From an uncultured Bacteroidales bacterium (lineage in GTDB: Bacteria; Bacteroidota; Bacteroidia; Bacteroidales; UBA11471), in assembly GCA_944325415.1 (NCBI GenBank), contig CALUZW010000003.1:10496-74495 (forward strand): 64,000 bases of DNA, read 5' to 3'. Of the stretch, positions 8,542 to 22,714 are shown in pieces. Under the pieces are notes generated by a model. That model worked only from the letters and a program-made list of their open reading frames with translations, searched no databases and had not been told where the DNA came from. Within the stretch, counting starts at the first letter, position 1, and every line of letters begins with the position of its first letter. Both the position numbers and the translations under genes were made by a program.

Positions 8542-9963
8542 TTACATTCCAAAGGAAAGAGGTACAATCGACGAGTAGATGCCGCTAATGAGGCCCACGA
8601 GCAGCACACCGAGCACACACAGCGAGATGCTGAGCTTCGAAGCTCCGTCGCTCTGAATGGTCGGTATCACACAATCGTCCTGACGGATAAACATCGCCTT
8701 CACCACCAGCAGATAGTAGTAGAGCGAGATAATGGTATTGAGCAGGGCGATGAACACCAGCACATAGAACCCTTCCTCGACGGCAGCATAGAAGATAAAG
8801 AACTTGCTGAAAAATCCGGCAAAGGGAGGAATACCGGCCAGAGAGAAAAGCGCCAGCATCAAGGCGACACTCAACTTGGGATTGGTGCGGTAGAGGCCGT
8901 TGTAATCGTCCATGTCGACCTTGCCCGTAGCGTTCTCGATAACCGAGATTACACCGAACACGGCCAGATTGGAGAATACATACACCAGCACATAATAGAT
9001 GAGCGAGGTCATACCCACGGCCGAACCGGCAATAACACCCAGCAGAATATATCCGGCTTGGGAAATCGAAGAGAAGGCCATGAAGCGTTTGAGGTTTTTC
9101 TGACGCACGGCAAAGAGGTTACCGATGGTGATGGTGATGACGATAAGTCCCCACAGTACCGGTTGCCAAACAGCGGCCACCGAAGAGAAGACCTTGAAGA
9201 GTACCACCATCAGGGCAAAGGCGGCAGCACCTTTGGAGATGACCGAGAGATAGGCCGTAATGGAGGTCGGAGCTCCCTGGTACACATCGGCCGTCCAGAG
9301 ATGGAAGGGCACGATGGAAATCTTGAATCCCATACCGGCAAGGAAAAGCACAAGGCCCACATAGAGAAGCGGCGTACCTACCAGGCTGGCAGCAATATCT
9401 TCAAAGTAGAGCGTACCCACCGCACCATAGACGAAGGAGATACCCAACAGCATGAGCGACGAGGAGAAGAGTGCCACAAAGACATACTTGGCAGCAGCCT
9501 CGTAAGAGAGCTGGTGATACTTCTCAATAGCAACAAGAGCCGTGAGCGGGAGCGATGCCATTTCAAGTCCGATGAAGAAGAGCAGGAAGTTGCCCGACGA
9601 AATCATCAGATACATACCCAGCAGGGTCATCAGCGTAAGGACATAAAACTCACCGCGACGCACCTGCATATCGGGCGACTTGGCCCACACATTTGCCTGG
9701 ATAAGCACCAGCAGTGTTCCTATGTTGAGAACGATTTTTACAATATTAATAACCGGAGATGTCTGATACATACCACCGAATGCCTCGCCCGTCGCGGGAT
9801 TGACGAAGAGGAAAGCCGTCTGCACGGCCAGCAACAGGCAGGCTACCCACGAGAAGGCCCGACGGCTCTTCTCGGTAGCGAAGGTGTCGTAGAGAAACAG
9901 GACAAGAATGACTGCCAAAAGCGACAACTCATCGCGCATCCACAAAAAGTTTGAAAAATCCAT
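8542..9963 (-). CDS. nuoN: NADH-quinone oxidoreductase subunit N
   Basis: [34 protein letters not shown] and [14 protein letters not shown]. Confidence 0.95.
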   Translation of the reverse strand: MDFSNFLWMRDELSLLAVILVLFLYDTFATEKSRRAFSWVACLLLAVQTAFLFVNPATGEAFGGMYQTSPVINIVKIVLNIGTLLVLIQANVWAKSPDMQVRRGEFYVLTLMTLLGMYLMISSGNFLLFFIGLEMASLPLTALVAIEKYHQLSYEAAAKYVFVALFSSSLMLLGISFVYGAVGTLYFEDIAASLVGTPLLYVGLVLFLAGMGFKISIVPFHLWTADVYQGAPTSITAYLSVISKGAAAFALMVVLFKVFSSVAAVWQPVLWGLIVITITIGNLFAVRQKNLKRFMAFSSISQAGYILLGVIAGSAVGMTSLIYYVLVYVFSNLAVFGVISVIENATGKVDMDDYNGLYRTNPKLSVALMLALFSLAGIPPFAGFFSKFFIFYAAVEEGFYVLVFIALLNTIISLYYYLLVVKAMFIRQDDCVIPTIQSDGASKLSISLCVLGVLLVGLISGIYSSIVPLSFGM

Positions 9964-9977
9964 ATACTTTTTCTTGA

Positions 9978-11477
9978 TTAGATATATTGCAAAATACGTT
10001 CACTTATCACACTCATGCTGTCGCTGATGAGATTGGAAATCCAACCCGGAGCCATACCTATGGCGGCAACACCTACAATAAGGGTAATGGCCGAGAGACG
10101 CTCAAACCAGGCAGCATCGGTAAGCTCGCGGTGATGCTCATTCTGCACCTTACCGTAGAGCAGCTTGCCAACCACGCGCAGGATATAGACAGCGGTAATC
10201 ACAATCGATGTACAAGCCACAATGGTGAAGACACGGCGGAAGGTGTCGTCCCACTGGAACGATCCGACAAAGACAGTCATCTCGGCTACGAAGCCGCTCA
10301 ATCCGGGGAGACCCAGCGAAGCGAGACCGGCTATCACATAGGCGACCGAAAGGAAAGGCATAATCTTCATCAGACCGCCCATCTCACGAATGTCGCGGGT
10401 GTGGGTACGGCCATAAATCATACCGATGAGGGCAAAGAAGAGAGCTGTCATCAATCCGTGCGAGAGCATTTGCAGCACGGCACCCGTCATGGCTGTCGTG
10501 TTCCACATGAGCAGGGCAAAAAGCACAAGACCACAGTGGCTCACCGAAGAGTAGGCGTTGATGTATTTAAGGTCGGTCTGCACACAGGCACTGAATGCAC
10601 CGTAAACCACACTGATACCGGTAAGAATCAGGAATATCCACGACAACTCGGTGGTGGCCCAGGGCATGAGATACATGGCCACACGGAAGCAGCCGTAACC
10701 TCCCAGTTTCATGAGCACGCCGGCGTGCAACATCGACACGGCCGTGGGCGCCGAAGCATGACCGTCGGGCGACCATGTGTGGAAGGGGAACATGGCTCCC
10801 AGCACACCGAATCCCACAAAGGTAAGGGGGAAGAGATAATACTGCATCTCGTGGGGTATGGCATTGTTCTTGGCAATTTCGAGAATGTTCATGGTGAGGT
10901 TGCCGTCGGCCGAAGAGTGGAAATATATACCCAGGATACCAATCAGCAGGAGAGCCGAACCACCCATGAGCATAAGAGTCAGCTTCATGGCCGAATAGGT
11001 CTTGTTGCCACTACCCCACACGCCGATGAGCAGGTACATGGGGATAAGGGCTATCTCGTAATACATAAACATCGTAAAGAGGTTTATCGAGATGAAGAAG
11101 CCGAACACACCGATAGAAAGAAGTATCAGCCACAAGAAAAACTCTTTGGGCAGCGGGTCGATTTTCCACGAAGCGAAGACACCGGCAAAGACTACGATAG
11201 CCGAGAGCAGCAACATGGCCACCGACACACCGTCGACACCCACCGTATAATGAATGCCCAGCGGGGCGTACCACACGGTATCGGCCACGAAAAGCATTTC
11301 GGCCGTATTGCCGGCAGCACGTTCGCCCAGGAACATAAACAACACGATAAAGGCGAAGACAAGCTGCAACGACGACCCTATCACGGCAACAGTCCGTATC
11401 TGTTTCATATTCCTCGAAAGGGCCAGTCCGGCCATCATCAGCAGAGGAATAAGTACGAATAATGATAAGAAGTTCAT
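9978..11477 (-). CDS. nuoM: NADH-quinone oxidoreductase subunit M
   Basis: [29 protein letters not shown] and [12 protein letters not shown]; start at MNFLSLF. Confidence 0.95.
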   Translation of the reverse strand: MNFLSLFVLIPLLMMAGLALSRNMKQIRTVAVIGSSLQLVFAFIVLFMFLGERAAGNTAEMLFVADTVWYAPLGIHYTVGVDGVSVAMLLLSAIVVFAGVFASWKIDPLPKEFFLWLILLSIGVFGFFISINLFTMFMYYEIALIPMYLLIGVWGSGNKTYSAMKLTLMLMGGSALLLIGILGIYFHSSADGNLTMNILEIAKNNAIPHEMQYYLFPLTFVGFGVLGAMFPFHTWSPDGHASAPTAVSMLHAGVLMKLGGYGCFRVAMYLMPWATTELSWIFLILTGISVVYGAFSACVQTDLKYINAYSSVSHCGLVLFALLMWNTTAMTGAVLQMLSHGLMTALFFALIGMIYGRTHTRDIREMGGLMKIMPFLSVAYVIAGLASLGLPGLSGFVAEMTVFVGSFQWDDTFRRVFTIVACTSIVITAVYILRVVGKLLYGKVQNEHHRELTDAAWFERLSAITLIVGVAAIGMAPGWISNLISDSMSVISERILQYI

Positions 11478-11517
11478 AACTGTATTAAACTCGTTTTTTC
11501 TGTTTCTACATACTGGA

Positions 11518-13422
11518 TTAGATACAATACAACACGATGGCGGCAATAATCATGGCGCCCAGCAGGAATACGACGGCATAGGATTGCAGTCGACCCGATT
11601 GCAGACCCCGTATATGGTAAGAGGCCGATTGGGTGAGGGTAGCCATGAGGTTCATCGTACCGTCGACCACGTGACGGTCGAACCATGCGATAGGCGTGGA
11701 AATGTATCGGAATATGATTTTGTGGGTAACGAACATATAGACCTCATCGATATAGAAACGATGGTAGGCCCAGCGGTGCAACGAACTCAGCGACTCGGCC
11801 ATGCGTGCAGGCTTGTCGTTGGGTTTCATATAGAGCCATGTGGCCAGTGCAATGGCAACAACAGCGATGCAGATGCTCGTCGCAGCCACGGTCCAGTTGA
11901 GATGTATCGTGTAGGAAAGTCCGCTGGCGGTTACAAAATGACCGAAAGGTATGAAACCGGCGAAGCAGGTTACCAGAGCCAGGAACACGAGAGGTATCGA
12001 CATGGTCTTGGGAGCCTCGTGGGGGGTATGCTCGTGATGAGCCTCTTTACCCCAGAAGATGTTGAAATAGAGACGGAACATATAAAACGCCGTCAGACCG
12101 GCTACCAGCGACATCCACACGCCCCAGAAAGCGCTCTTCTCAAAAGCGGCGGCGAGAATCTCGTCTTTACTGAAAAAGCCCGAGAAGGGAGGTATACCGG
12201 CTATGGCCAGACAGGCTATAAGGAAAGTGATGTGGGTAATGGGCATATACTTGCGCAAGCCTCCCATCTCCGACATCTCGTTGGAGTGTACGGCGTGAAT
12301 AATGGCACCGGCACCGAGGAAGAGGAGAGCCTTGAACATGGCGTGGGTGAAGAGGTGGAACATCGAAGCCATGTAACCCAGCGCGCCGTGGCCATTCATC
12401 TCGGTCGTTACACCCAGAGCCACCATCATGAAGGCAATCTGCGAAATGGTAGAGAAGGCGAGAACACGCTTGATGTCGGTCTGCACACAAGCCACTACCG
12501 CTGCATAGAGAGCGGTAACAGCACCTATGACGGTGATGAAGGTCAACACCTCGGGAGTGGTTACATAAACCGGGAAGAGACGGGCTACCAGGAACACACC
12601 GGCCACCACCATCGTTGCGGCATGGATAAGGGCCGATACGGGAGTAGGACCTTCCATGGCGTCGGGCAGCCAGATGTGCAACGGGAACATGGCCGACTTA
12701 CCGGCACCACCCATGAATACAAGGGCCATGGCCCACGAGGCCACCGAGATACCGAGGAACGTCTTTCCTTCGGTGGTACCTACCAGAGAGACATCGCCGC
12801 TTGTCAAGGTAGCGAAGTCGAAGGTCTTGGTATAGTAAGAGAGCAGCAAAATACCGAGGAGGAATCCCAGGTCGGCAAAGCGGGTAACAATAAAGGCCTT
12901 CTTAGAAGCGGCAACAGCCGACTGACGGGTGTAATAGAAGCCGATGAGCAGGTAAGACGACACACCCACAAGCTCCCAGAAGATATACATCTGGAAGATA
13001 TTGGTGGCCACTACCAGACCAAGCATCGAGAAGGTGAAGAGCGAGAGAAATGCGTAGTAACGCTGGAAACCGACTTCACCGTGCATATAGCCGAGGCTGT
13101 AAAGATGCACCATCGACGAAACTGTGGTGATAACCACCAGCATCATGACCGAAATGGGGTCGAGCATGATACCCAGGTCGATGTGCAACCACTCGGTAAA
13201 GCGCAACCACTCGAAATGGTAGGGAGTCACCGTGGGATAAATGCCATCGACACGCGGCTGCATGAAATATTGAGCAGCGACGATATACGAGAGAATGGTA
13301 ATGATGAAAAGGCCCGATGTGCCTAACAATCCGGCCGTGCGATGCGACATCTTGTGGCCGCAAAGTCCGAGCGTGATAAACATCAGCATCGGCAACAACA
13401 GTATGATGTAAGAGTATTCCAT
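11518..13422 (-). CDS. nuoL: NADH-quinone oxidoreductase subunit L
   Basis: WELVG, GKSAMFPLHIWLPDAMEGPTPVSALIHAATMV and HAMFKALLF. Confidence 0.96.
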   Translation of the reverse strand: MEYSYIILLLPMLMFITLGLCGHKMSHRTAGLLGTSGLFIITILSYIVAAQYFMQPRVDGIYPTVTPYHFEWLRFTEWLHIDLGIMLDPISVMMLVVITTVSSMVHLYSLGYMHGEVGFQRYYAFLSLFTFSMLGLVVATNIFQMYIFWELVGVSSYLLIGFYYTRQSAVAASKKAFIVTRFADLGFLLGILLLSYYTKTFDFATLTSGDVSLVGTTEGKTFLGISVASWAMALVFMGGAGKSAMFPLHIWLPDAMEGPTPVSALIHAATMVVAGVFLVARLFPVYVTTPEVLTFITVIGAVTALYAAVVACVQTDIKRVLAFSTISQIAFMMVALGVTTEMNGHGALGYMASMFHLFTHAMFKALLFLGAGAIIHAVHSNEMSEMGGLRKYMPITHITFLIACLAIAGIPPFSGFFSKDEILAAAFEKSAFWGVWMSLVAGLTAFYMFRLYFNIFWGKEAHHEHTPHEAPKTMSIPLVFLALVTCFAGFIPFGHFVTASGLSYTIHLNWTVAATSICIAVVAIALATWLYMKPNDKPARMAESLSSLHRWAYHRFYIDEVYMFVTHKIIFRYISTPIAWFDRHVVDGTMNLMATLTQSASYHIRGLQSGRLQSYAVVFLLGAMIIAAIVLYCI

Positions 13423-13448
13423 AATCGTTGTTCAGTAGCGATAGTTTC

Positions 13449-13760
13449 TCAATATTTCATTTTGTCGACGTTATCGACATTGATGTTACGAATGTTCCGG
13501 TAGATGTTGATGATGATGGCGATGGCTATCGCTGTCTCGGCGGCGGCAATTGCCACGGCGAAGAGGGTGAAGAAAAAGCCTTCGAGCTGCCCGGGGAAGA
13601 GATAGCGGTTGAAAACGACAAAGTTGATGTCGACCGCGTTGAGCATGAGTTCAAGCGATATGAGAATAGCCAACAGGTTATGACGGGTTACAAAGCCGTA
13701 AACACCGGCAAAAAACATGAGGGTACTCACCACAACATAATAAATCATGGGTATTTCCAT
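13449..13760 (-). CDS. nuoK: NADH-quinone oxidoreductase subunit K
   Basis: LELMLNAVDINF and AIAAAETA; 103 aa, three transmembrane segments. Confidence 0.95.
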   Translation of the reverse strand: MEIPMIYYVVVSTLMFFAGVYGFVTRHNLLAILISLELMLNAVDINFVVFNRYLFPGQLEGFFFTLFAVAIAAAETAIAIAIIINIYRNIRNINVDNVDKMKY

Positions 13761-13768
13761 AGTATTTC

Positions 13769-14281
13769 TTATCTTTTACGGGCAATCATAATGCCTCCGA
13801 TTATACAAGCGAGTAACAGCACACTGATGGCTTCAAAGGGCAACAGATACTGATATTTGTCCATGCCCATAAGCGCATGTCCCACCGTCTTCATGTCGAG
13901 CTCGCCACCCTGGGCAAACTGCGAGGGGAAGAAGTCGTGGGTCAGGAGGGTATATCCGCAGATAGCGGCTCCCAGCACAGCGGCCAGCAGGCCCCAGGCC
14001 CGCTTGCGTGAGGAGATGCGGTCGCTCTTCTCGCCCAGTTTGCTGGTAAGCAGAATGGCAAAGACGAAAAGCACGAGAATACCTCCGGCATAAATCGTTA
14101 CCTGAACAGCTCCCAAGAAATGATAGTCGAGCTGAAAGTAATACCCGGCTGTTGCAAAAAGCACAAAAAGCAGGTAGGTTGCAGCGCGCAAGATGCGACG
14201 ACTGGTCACGGCCATAATCGAGCAGACGACAATAATTGCCGAAAGCAGGAAGAATATGACTTGATTGGCTACTTGTTCCAT
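13769..14281 (-). CDS. nuoJ: NADH-quinone oxidoreductase subunit J
   Basis: QVTIYAGGILVLFVFAILL and YLLPFEAISVLLL. Confidence 0.94.
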   Translation of the reverse strand: MEQVANQVIFFLLSAIIVVCSIMAVTSRRILRAATYLLFVLFATAGYYFQLDYHFLGAVQVTIYAGGILVLFVFAILLTSKLGEKSDRISSRKRAWGLLAAVLGAAICGYTLLTHDFFPSQFAQGGELDMKTVGHALMGMDKYQYLLPFEAISVLLLACIIGGIMIARKR

Positions 14282-14291
14282 ATCGAGAATG

Positions 14292-14753
14292 TTATTTTAA
14301 ATTTTCAGGTTTACGGTTGAGATGCTTTACCAATTTGGTACGGTCAAAGACGGCCTGTTCAAATTCGTTGGTAAATTCCAAGGCATCGTGAGGACAGGTG
14401 TTCACACACAACTGGCAGAAGACGCAGCTACCCAGATCGTAGATGTAATCATCAAGCACACGTTTGGTCTTACCGTCTTCGGTCTCGACTTTCTTGGAGA
14501 TAATCTGTATCGTGTGGTTGGGACAGTTCATCTGGCATATACCACATGCAATACATTTGTGATGGCCTTCGGCATCGAACTTTAACGTAAGTGTTGCTCT
14601 GAATCGGTCGCCTATCTTCAACGTTTCACGATTCTCGGGATACTTCTCGGTAACTTTGGGGGTAACAAACTCGGTTCCTGTTACCTTCATGCCAACAAGA
14701 AGACTCCACAGACCTTTCCAGAAATTGACAAAGTAATTTTTTAAACTTTCCAT
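14292..14753 (-). CDS. nuoI: NADH-quinone oxidoreductase subunit I (2x[4Fe-4S])
   Basis: TEKYPE, CIACGICQMNCP and CVFCQLCVNTCP; start at MESLKNY. Confidence 0.93.
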   Translation of the reverse strand: MESLKNYFVNFWKGLWSLLVGMKVTGTEFVTPKVTEKYPENRETLKIGDRFRATLTLKFDAEGHHKCIACGICQMNCPNHTIQIISKKVETEDGKTKRVLDDYIYDLGSCVFCQLCVNTCPHDALEFTNEFEQAVFDRTKLVKHLNRKPENLK

Positions 14754-14800
14754 AAATGGTAATGTAGCTCTTTCTTTTCTTTTTAGTTTATCTCTCATAT

Positions 14801-14830
14801 AAAAGTACCAGGCCGGAACCCGGTACTTTT
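14801..14830 (-). terminator. Stem-loop between atpG and nuoI (possible partial terminator)
   Basis: Minus strand AAAAGTACCGGG-ttccgg-CCTGGTACTTTT, followed by ATAT. Confidence 0.55.
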
Positions 14831-14843
14831 GTTTTTTTGGTTT

Positions 14844-15722
14844 CTATCGCACTGAACCGCCCATGATATCGAGCAGTTCGTTGGTGATTCCCTGCTGACG
14901 TAACTTGTTGTATTCGATGCGCAACTCATCAATCAACTTACCGGCATTGTCACTGGCCGTCTGCATGGCAAGAATACGGGCTCCCTGCTCCGAAGTGCGG
15001 CTCTGCAAGCAGGCCTCGATAAGCGAAGCATTGACAAAAAGCGGCAGTACCGTTTCAAAAATGGCAGCACCGTCGGGCTCATAGATATAGGGGGTAACCC
15101 GCGCCGCTGTCTTACCGGCCGATTGCATCTCTTCGACCCGAATAGGCAACAGTTGACGGGTACGGACCGTCTGCGTGGCCACACTCTTATAGTGGGTATA
15201 GATGCACTCTATCCGATCATACTCGCCTGACAAGAATGAGGCCGTCAGTTCGCCGACAAGCTGTTTCAATTCGTCGGGCGTACTCTTGGCGTGGAAATAA
15301 TCCTTGCGACAAACGGTTATTCCGGCCGTATGTTCTACCGCCGACATCACTTTCTTGCCTGCCGGATAGACATCAATGGCAAGTTGACCAGAACAGGTAG
15401 CTCGCAACTCAGACAATCGGGAGAGCAAAGCCTTGTAGAGATTGGAATTGTAGGCTCCACATAGGCCTTCGTCCGATGCCAATAAGACCAGTGCCACTCG
15501 ATGCACAGGACGTTCCTGTATCAAAGGCGACTCATACTCACGGTCGGCTTCCAACAGATTGTTGATTGTAAGCTGCAACTGTTCCCGGTACGGTGCCATG
15601 CCACGCAAAGCCTGCTCAGCCTTGCGCAACTTTGCCGAAGATATCATCTTCATGGCACCGGTTATTTTCTGGGAAGACTCTACCGAGCCGATTCTTCCCT
15701 TCAACTCGCGCATTGTCGACAT
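14844..15722 (-). CDS. atpG: F1Fo ATP synthase gamma subunit
   Basis: KITGAMKMISSAKL, SDEGLCGAYN, SEQGARILAMQTASDNA and RQQGITNELLDI. Confidence 0.96.
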   Translation of the reverse strand: MSTMRELKGRIGSVESSQKITGAMKMISSAKLRKAEQALRGMAPYREQLQLTINNLLEADREYESPLIQERPVHRVALVLLASDEGLCGAYNSNLYKALLSRLSELRATCSGQLAIDVYPAGKKVMSAVEHTAGITVCRKDYFHAKSTPDELKQLVGELTASFLSGEYDRIECIYTHYKSVATQTVRTRQLLPIRVEEMQSAGKTAARVTPYIYEPDGAAIFETVLPLFVNASLIEACLQSRTSEQGARILAMQTASDNAGKLIDELRIEYNKLRQQGITNELLDIMGGSVR

Positions 15723-15728
15723 AGCAGA

Positions 15729-17309
15729 TTATTTCTTATATCGTTTTACTACTTCTTGTGCTGTTTCCTGCAAGATGGTCTCTACCTCGGGGGTAAGTTT
15801 TCCTTCGCGCAGAGAAGACAACACGTCTTTTTCGTGACGACTCCGTAATATTTCCAGGAAATATTTTTCAAACTCGGCCACGTTCTCCAACGGCACATCG
15901 CTCAGCAGGCCTCGCGTACCGCAATACACAACGGCAATTTCTTCCTCTACGGGCATAGGTGTATATTGGGGTTGTACCAGCAGCATACTGTTCTTACGGC
16001 CTTTGTCGATAACCATGGCGGTTACGGGGTCGAGATCGCCGCCGAACTTGGTAAAGGCTTCGAGCTCACGATATTGGGCCTGGTCTATTTTCAGCGTACC
16101 GGCCACCTTCTTCATGGCTTTTACCTGGGCGTTACCGCCGACACGCGACACCGAGATACCCACATTGATGGCGGGGCGCATACCTTGGTTAAAGAGGGCG
16201 GTTTCGAGGAATATCTGTCCGTCGGTAATGGAGATGACGTTGGTGGGGATATAGGCCGAAACGTCTCCTGCCTGAGTCTCGATAATGGGCAATGCCGTGA
16301 GCGAACCTCCACCTTTTACGATAGGACGCAAAGCTTCGGGCAGGTCGTTCATGGTAGCGGCTACTGCATCGTTGTCGATAATCTTGGCAGCACGCTCCAA
16401 CAGACGGGAATGGAGATAGAAGATATCGCCGGGATAAGCTTCACGACCCGAGGGTCGGCGCAGAATCAGCGAGATTTCGCGATAGGCCACGGCCTGCTTG
16501 GAAAGGTCGTCATACACGACCAGAGCGTGACGGCCACTGTCGCGGAAATACTCTCCGATGGCGGCTCCTGCAAAGGGTGCGTAATAGCGCATCGAAGCCG
16601 AGTCGGAGGCATTAGCAGCCAACACAATGGTATAATCCATGGCACCATGCTCACGGAGGGTATTTACCAAGGTGGCTACCGAAGAGGCTTTTTGACCGAT
16701 GGCTACATAGATACAGTATACGGGGTCACCGGCCAGATAGTTCTTGCGCTGGTTGATAATGGTATCGATGGCAATGGAGGTCTTACCTATCTGGCGGTCG
16801 CCGATGATAAGCTCGCGCTGTCCACGGCCTATGGGCACCATAGAGTCAACGGCTTTTATACCTGTCTGCAACGGCTCGTTTACCGGCTGACGGAAAATAA
16901 CTCCGGGAGCCTTCCGGTCGAGAGGCAAGGTAATCGTGTCTCCGGCAATGGGACCGGCTCCGTCGATAGGGTCGCCCAATGTGCTGATGACACGGCCTAT
17001 GAGACCATCGCCTACAGGTATTGAAGCGATTTTCCCTGTACGCCGCACGGTCATGTTCTCCTTTACGGTATTGCTTTCGGCTCCCATCAAGATGACACCG
17101 ACATTGCTCTCCTCGAGGTTCATGGCCACACCGCGCACACCGTTTTCAAACTCGACCAGCTCGCTTGAACTGACATTGTCGAGCCCGAAGACGTGAGCCA
17201 CACCGTCACCCACTTCGAGTACGGTGCCGACTTCCTCAAAAGAGACCTTCGACTCGACCTCATCGAGTTGCTGTTTCAGTATATCAGAAATCTCATTAGG
17301 TTTAATCAT
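15729..17309 (-). CDS. atpA: F1Fo ATP synthase alpha subunit
   Basis: [25 protein letters not shown] and [13 protein letters not shown]. Confidence 0.98.
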   Translation of the reverse strand: MIKPNEISDILKQQLDEVESKVSFEEVGTVLEVGDGVAHVFGLDNVSSSELVEFENGVRGVAMNLEESNVGVILMGAESNTVKENMTVRRTGKIASIPVGDGLIGRVISTLGDPIDGAGPIAGDTITLPLDRKAPGVIFRQPVNEPLQTGIKAVDSMVPIGRGQRELIIGDRQIGKTSIAIDTIINQRKNYLAGDPVYCIYVAIGQKASSVATLVNTLREHGAMDYTIVLAANASDSASMRYYAPFAGAAIGEYFRDSGRHALVVYDDLSKQAVAYREISLILRRPSGREAYPGDIFYLHSRLLERAAKIIDNDAVAATMNDLPEALRPIVKGGGSLTALPIIETQAGDVSAYIPTNVISITDGQIFLETALFNQGMRPAINVGISVSRVGGNAQVKAMKKVAGTLKIDQAQYRELEAFTKFGGDLDPVTAMVIDKGRKNSMLLVQPQYTPMPVEEEIAVVYCGTRGLLSDVPLENVAEFEKYFLEILRSRHEKDVLSSLREGKLTPEVETILQETAQEVVKRYKK

Positions 17310-17866
17310 AATCGTGTTTTGCTGTTTATTAATTTTAAACGCAATTGTTTCAGTTCCTTTTCGATAGATGCATCGAGACGTTCACCGCCCACGGTCAGCA
17401 CAAAACCGCCGATAATAGAGGAATCGATTTTATGCTCAAACTCCAAATGGGCGTCAGGGCAATGCCGGGCCACAATGCTTTCTATGCGGGAAAGGATATT
17501 CTTGTCGAGAGGGGCTGCCGTTATGATTTGGGCACAGACAATATGATTGACGTCGCGATACAGCTTCTGATACATGAGCATGATAGAGCGCAAATAGCTC
17601 TCGCGTCGTTCATGCAGGAGCAGACGTGCAAAACGAAGGTATTCTTCCGAAGAAGCGGCATCGACACCGGCAGCAGAGAGCATTAACGCCTCTTTCTGAG
17701 TTGCATTGAGCACCGGATTGAGCAGAGTCTCTTGCAAATCGGGACGGGCGATGAAACTCGCTTCTACTTGCCGAGCGGCTTCATACACGGGAAGGGTTAC
17801 ATCCTTCTCTTGCGCATACTTGAGCAAAGCCTTGGCATATCGGCGGGCTATAAGTCCTTCGTTCAT
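17306..17866 (-). CDS. atpH: F1Fo ATP synthase delta subunit
   Basis: IARRYAKAL...[11 protein letters not shown]...LDAS; lies between atpF and atpA. Confidence 0.93.
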   Translation of the reverse strand: MNEGLIARRYAKALLKYAQEKDVTLPVYEAARQVEASFIARPDLQETLLNPVLNATQKEALMLSAAGVDAASSEEYLRFARLLLHERRESYLRSIMLMYQKLYRDVNHIVCAQIITAAPLDKNILSRIESIVARHCPDAHLEFEHKIDSSIIGGFVLTVGGERLDASIEKELKQLRLKLINSKTRL

Positions 17867-17872
17867 ATTGGA

Positions 17873-18370
17873 TTAGTTTTTATTCTCGATATCACTTAAT
17901 AGTTTGTCGACCAACTCGGATTGTTGCTTATCTCCGGACAACTCTTTCCGCACAAGTTTTTCAGCTATCTGCAAAGCAAAATCACTGACCTGCTGACGGA
18001 ATTGCCGTTCCGACTCTTTCCGGGCCAATTCTATCGACACATTGGCGGCATCGATTATCTTCTTGGCCTCTACTGTCGCTGCCTTACGGGCCTCCTCGAT
18101 GATTTGGGTTTTCATCTGGGCCGCTTCGCGCAAGATTTCGAGCTGTTTCTGCTGAGCCTCGTTAATGAGTACACGAGCATTGTCGGTAGCATGTTCGAGC
18201 TGGCTTTTGGCCTCCTGTGCATAGGTTACGCCTTTATCGATAAGGTCGGCACGCTCGTCGACACTTTTCATAATGGCGGGCCATGCATATTTGGCCAATA
18301 TCACAAAGAGAATGACAAACACAAGGAACATCCAGAATACCAATCCGAAATCGGGGGTAAACAGTTCCAT
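17873..18370 (-). CDS. atpF: F1Fo ATP synthase subunit b
   Basis: PDFGLVFW, a single transmembrane segment, KYAWP...ER, then a coiled coil. Confidence 0.95.
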   Translation of the reverse strand: MELFTPDFGLVFWMFLVFVILFVILAKYAWPAIMKSVDERADLIDKGVTYAQEAKSQLEHATDNARVLINEAQQKQLEILREAAQMKTQIIEEARKAATVEAKKIIDAANVSIELARKESERQFRQQVSDFALQIAEKLVRKELSGDKQQSELVDKLLSDIENKN

Positions 18371-18392
18371 GGTGTATCCTTTCTACTTTTGA

Positions 18393-19764
<1,372 letters not shown>

Positions 19765-19794
19765 CTCATTTTGTTTTATAGATAAGCATCGGGC

Positions 19795-20028
19795 TTATTT
19801 GAGGCACACAACAACTCTGTTGTTGTTCACGTCTACAAATCCGCCTTCGGCTGCGAGTTTTTTTACCTCCCCTTGGCTTTCATACTCGATTTCACCGGCA
19901 GCAAGAGTCGACAAGAGTGAGGCATGGTCTTGCAGGACGGTAAACGAGCCCACCGTTCCCGGCAAAGTAACGCGGGCGACTTCGCCTTGGAACAGAACGC
20001 CTGTGGGAGAAATTATCTCGAGTGTCAT
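19795..20028 (-). CDS. atpC: F1Fo ATP synthase epsilon subunit (short form, N-terminal domain only)
   Basis: LEIISP...LPG...FTVLQDHASL...GGF; 77 aa. Confidence 0.93.
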   Translation of the reverse strand: MTLEIISPTGVLFQGEVARVTLPGTVGSFTVLQDHASLLSTLAAGEIEYESQGEVKKLAAEGGFVDVNNNRVVVCLK

Positions 20029-20048
20029 AGTGTAGACGATTTAACCGA

Positions 20049-21587
<1,539 letters not shown>

Positions 21588-22664
21588 CTAAAAATGTATA
21601 CCGAAAATGGTTATCAGCACCACAAGGAGCAGATTGACAAATCCTATGGGTACCAGATATTTCCATTCAAGGTTCAGGAGCTGGTCGATACGCAGACGGG
21701 GGAATGTCCACTTGAACCACATGATGATAAACATCACAACGGCAGTCTTTCCAAAGAACCAAACGACCGAGGGGATATAATCCATCACCTGATTGAAAGC
21801 GTCCCAGCCGCCAATGTGCAGGGGCATCCAGCCACCCAGGAAGAGAAGGCTGGCTATTCCGGCCACGATAAACATGTTCAGGTATTCTGCCAGATAATAG
21901 AATCCGAAATGGATACCCGAATATTCGGTGTGATAACCGGCCGTCAGCTCCGACTCGGCCTCGGGAAGGTCAAACGGGCCACGGTTGGTCTCGGCCGTTC
22001 CTGCGATGAGATAGATGACAAAGGCAATGATCATGGGAATGTGTCCCGTGAAAATGAACCAGCCGCGGCTTTGCAACTCAACCAACTGTGAGGTCTGCAT
22101 CGTACCGGCGAAGACAACGACGGCAAGCATCGAGAGGCCGATGGAAAGCTCGTAGCTCACCATCTGCGCGCCGCTTCGCATGGCGCCGATGAGGGTAAAC
22201 TTGTTATTACTCGACCAGCCGGCCAGGAGTATACCCAGCACACCTATCGACGAAACTGCCATGATGAAGAATACGCCGATGTTGAAATCGAGTACCTGCA
22301 ATCCGCGACCGAAAGGCATACAGCCGAACGTAAGCATCGAGGCGAGTATCACCAGATATGGGGCGAGATTGAAGAGGAATCTGTCGCTGTGCTTGATGGA
22401 AATAAGCTCCTTGATGAGGATTTTTATCATGTCGGCCACGCTCTGAAAGAGTCCGTAAGGGCCTACCCGGTTGGGACCGAGACGACACTGGAAGAAGGCA
22501 CATATCTTACGTTCGCCGTAAATCAATGCCAGGGCGATAAGTGCATATAGCAACAGGAGGGCAACCCCTATCAGCACAAACTCGACCAAAAGGGCGCCCC
22601 ACTCGGGCATATACTCTCTCAGGAAAGTGTCAATCCAGCGTGTTACTATCGAAAAATCGAACAT
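21588..22664 (-). CDS. nuoH: NADH-quinone oxidoreductase subunit H
   Basis: ERK...[16 protein letters not shown] and [27 protein letters not shown]. Confidence 0.96.
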   Translation of the reverse strand: MFDFSIVTRWIDTFLREYMPEWGALLVEFVLIGVALLLLYALIALALIYGERKICAFFQCRLGPNRVGPYGLFQSVADMIKILIKELISIKHSDRFLFNLAPYLVILASMLTFGCMPFGRGLQVLDFNIGVFFIMAVSSIGVLGILLAGWSSNNKFTLIGAMRSGAQMVSYELSIGLSMLAVVVFAGTMQTSQLVELQSRGWFIFTGHIPMIIAFVIYLIAGTAETNRGPFDLPEAESELTAGYHTEYSGIHFGFYYLAEYLNMFIVAGIASLLFLGGWMPLHIGGWDAFNQVMDYIPSVVWFFGKTAVVMFIIMWFKWTFPRLRIDQLLNLEWKYLVPIGFVNLLLVVLITIFGIHF

Positions 22665-22714
22665 ATTGTTTGCGGGTTATATTTGATTCTACTTAATAAG
22701 GTGATTTCTGGAGG

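Noticed and set aside
11254-13326. 690-aa plus-strand ORF (and similar long ORFs at 481, 9058, 9987, 15966, 32570 and 41414)
   Set aside because: Antisense shadows of well-supported genes. They have no recognisable motifs and are explained by codon bias suppressing stops on the opposite strand.
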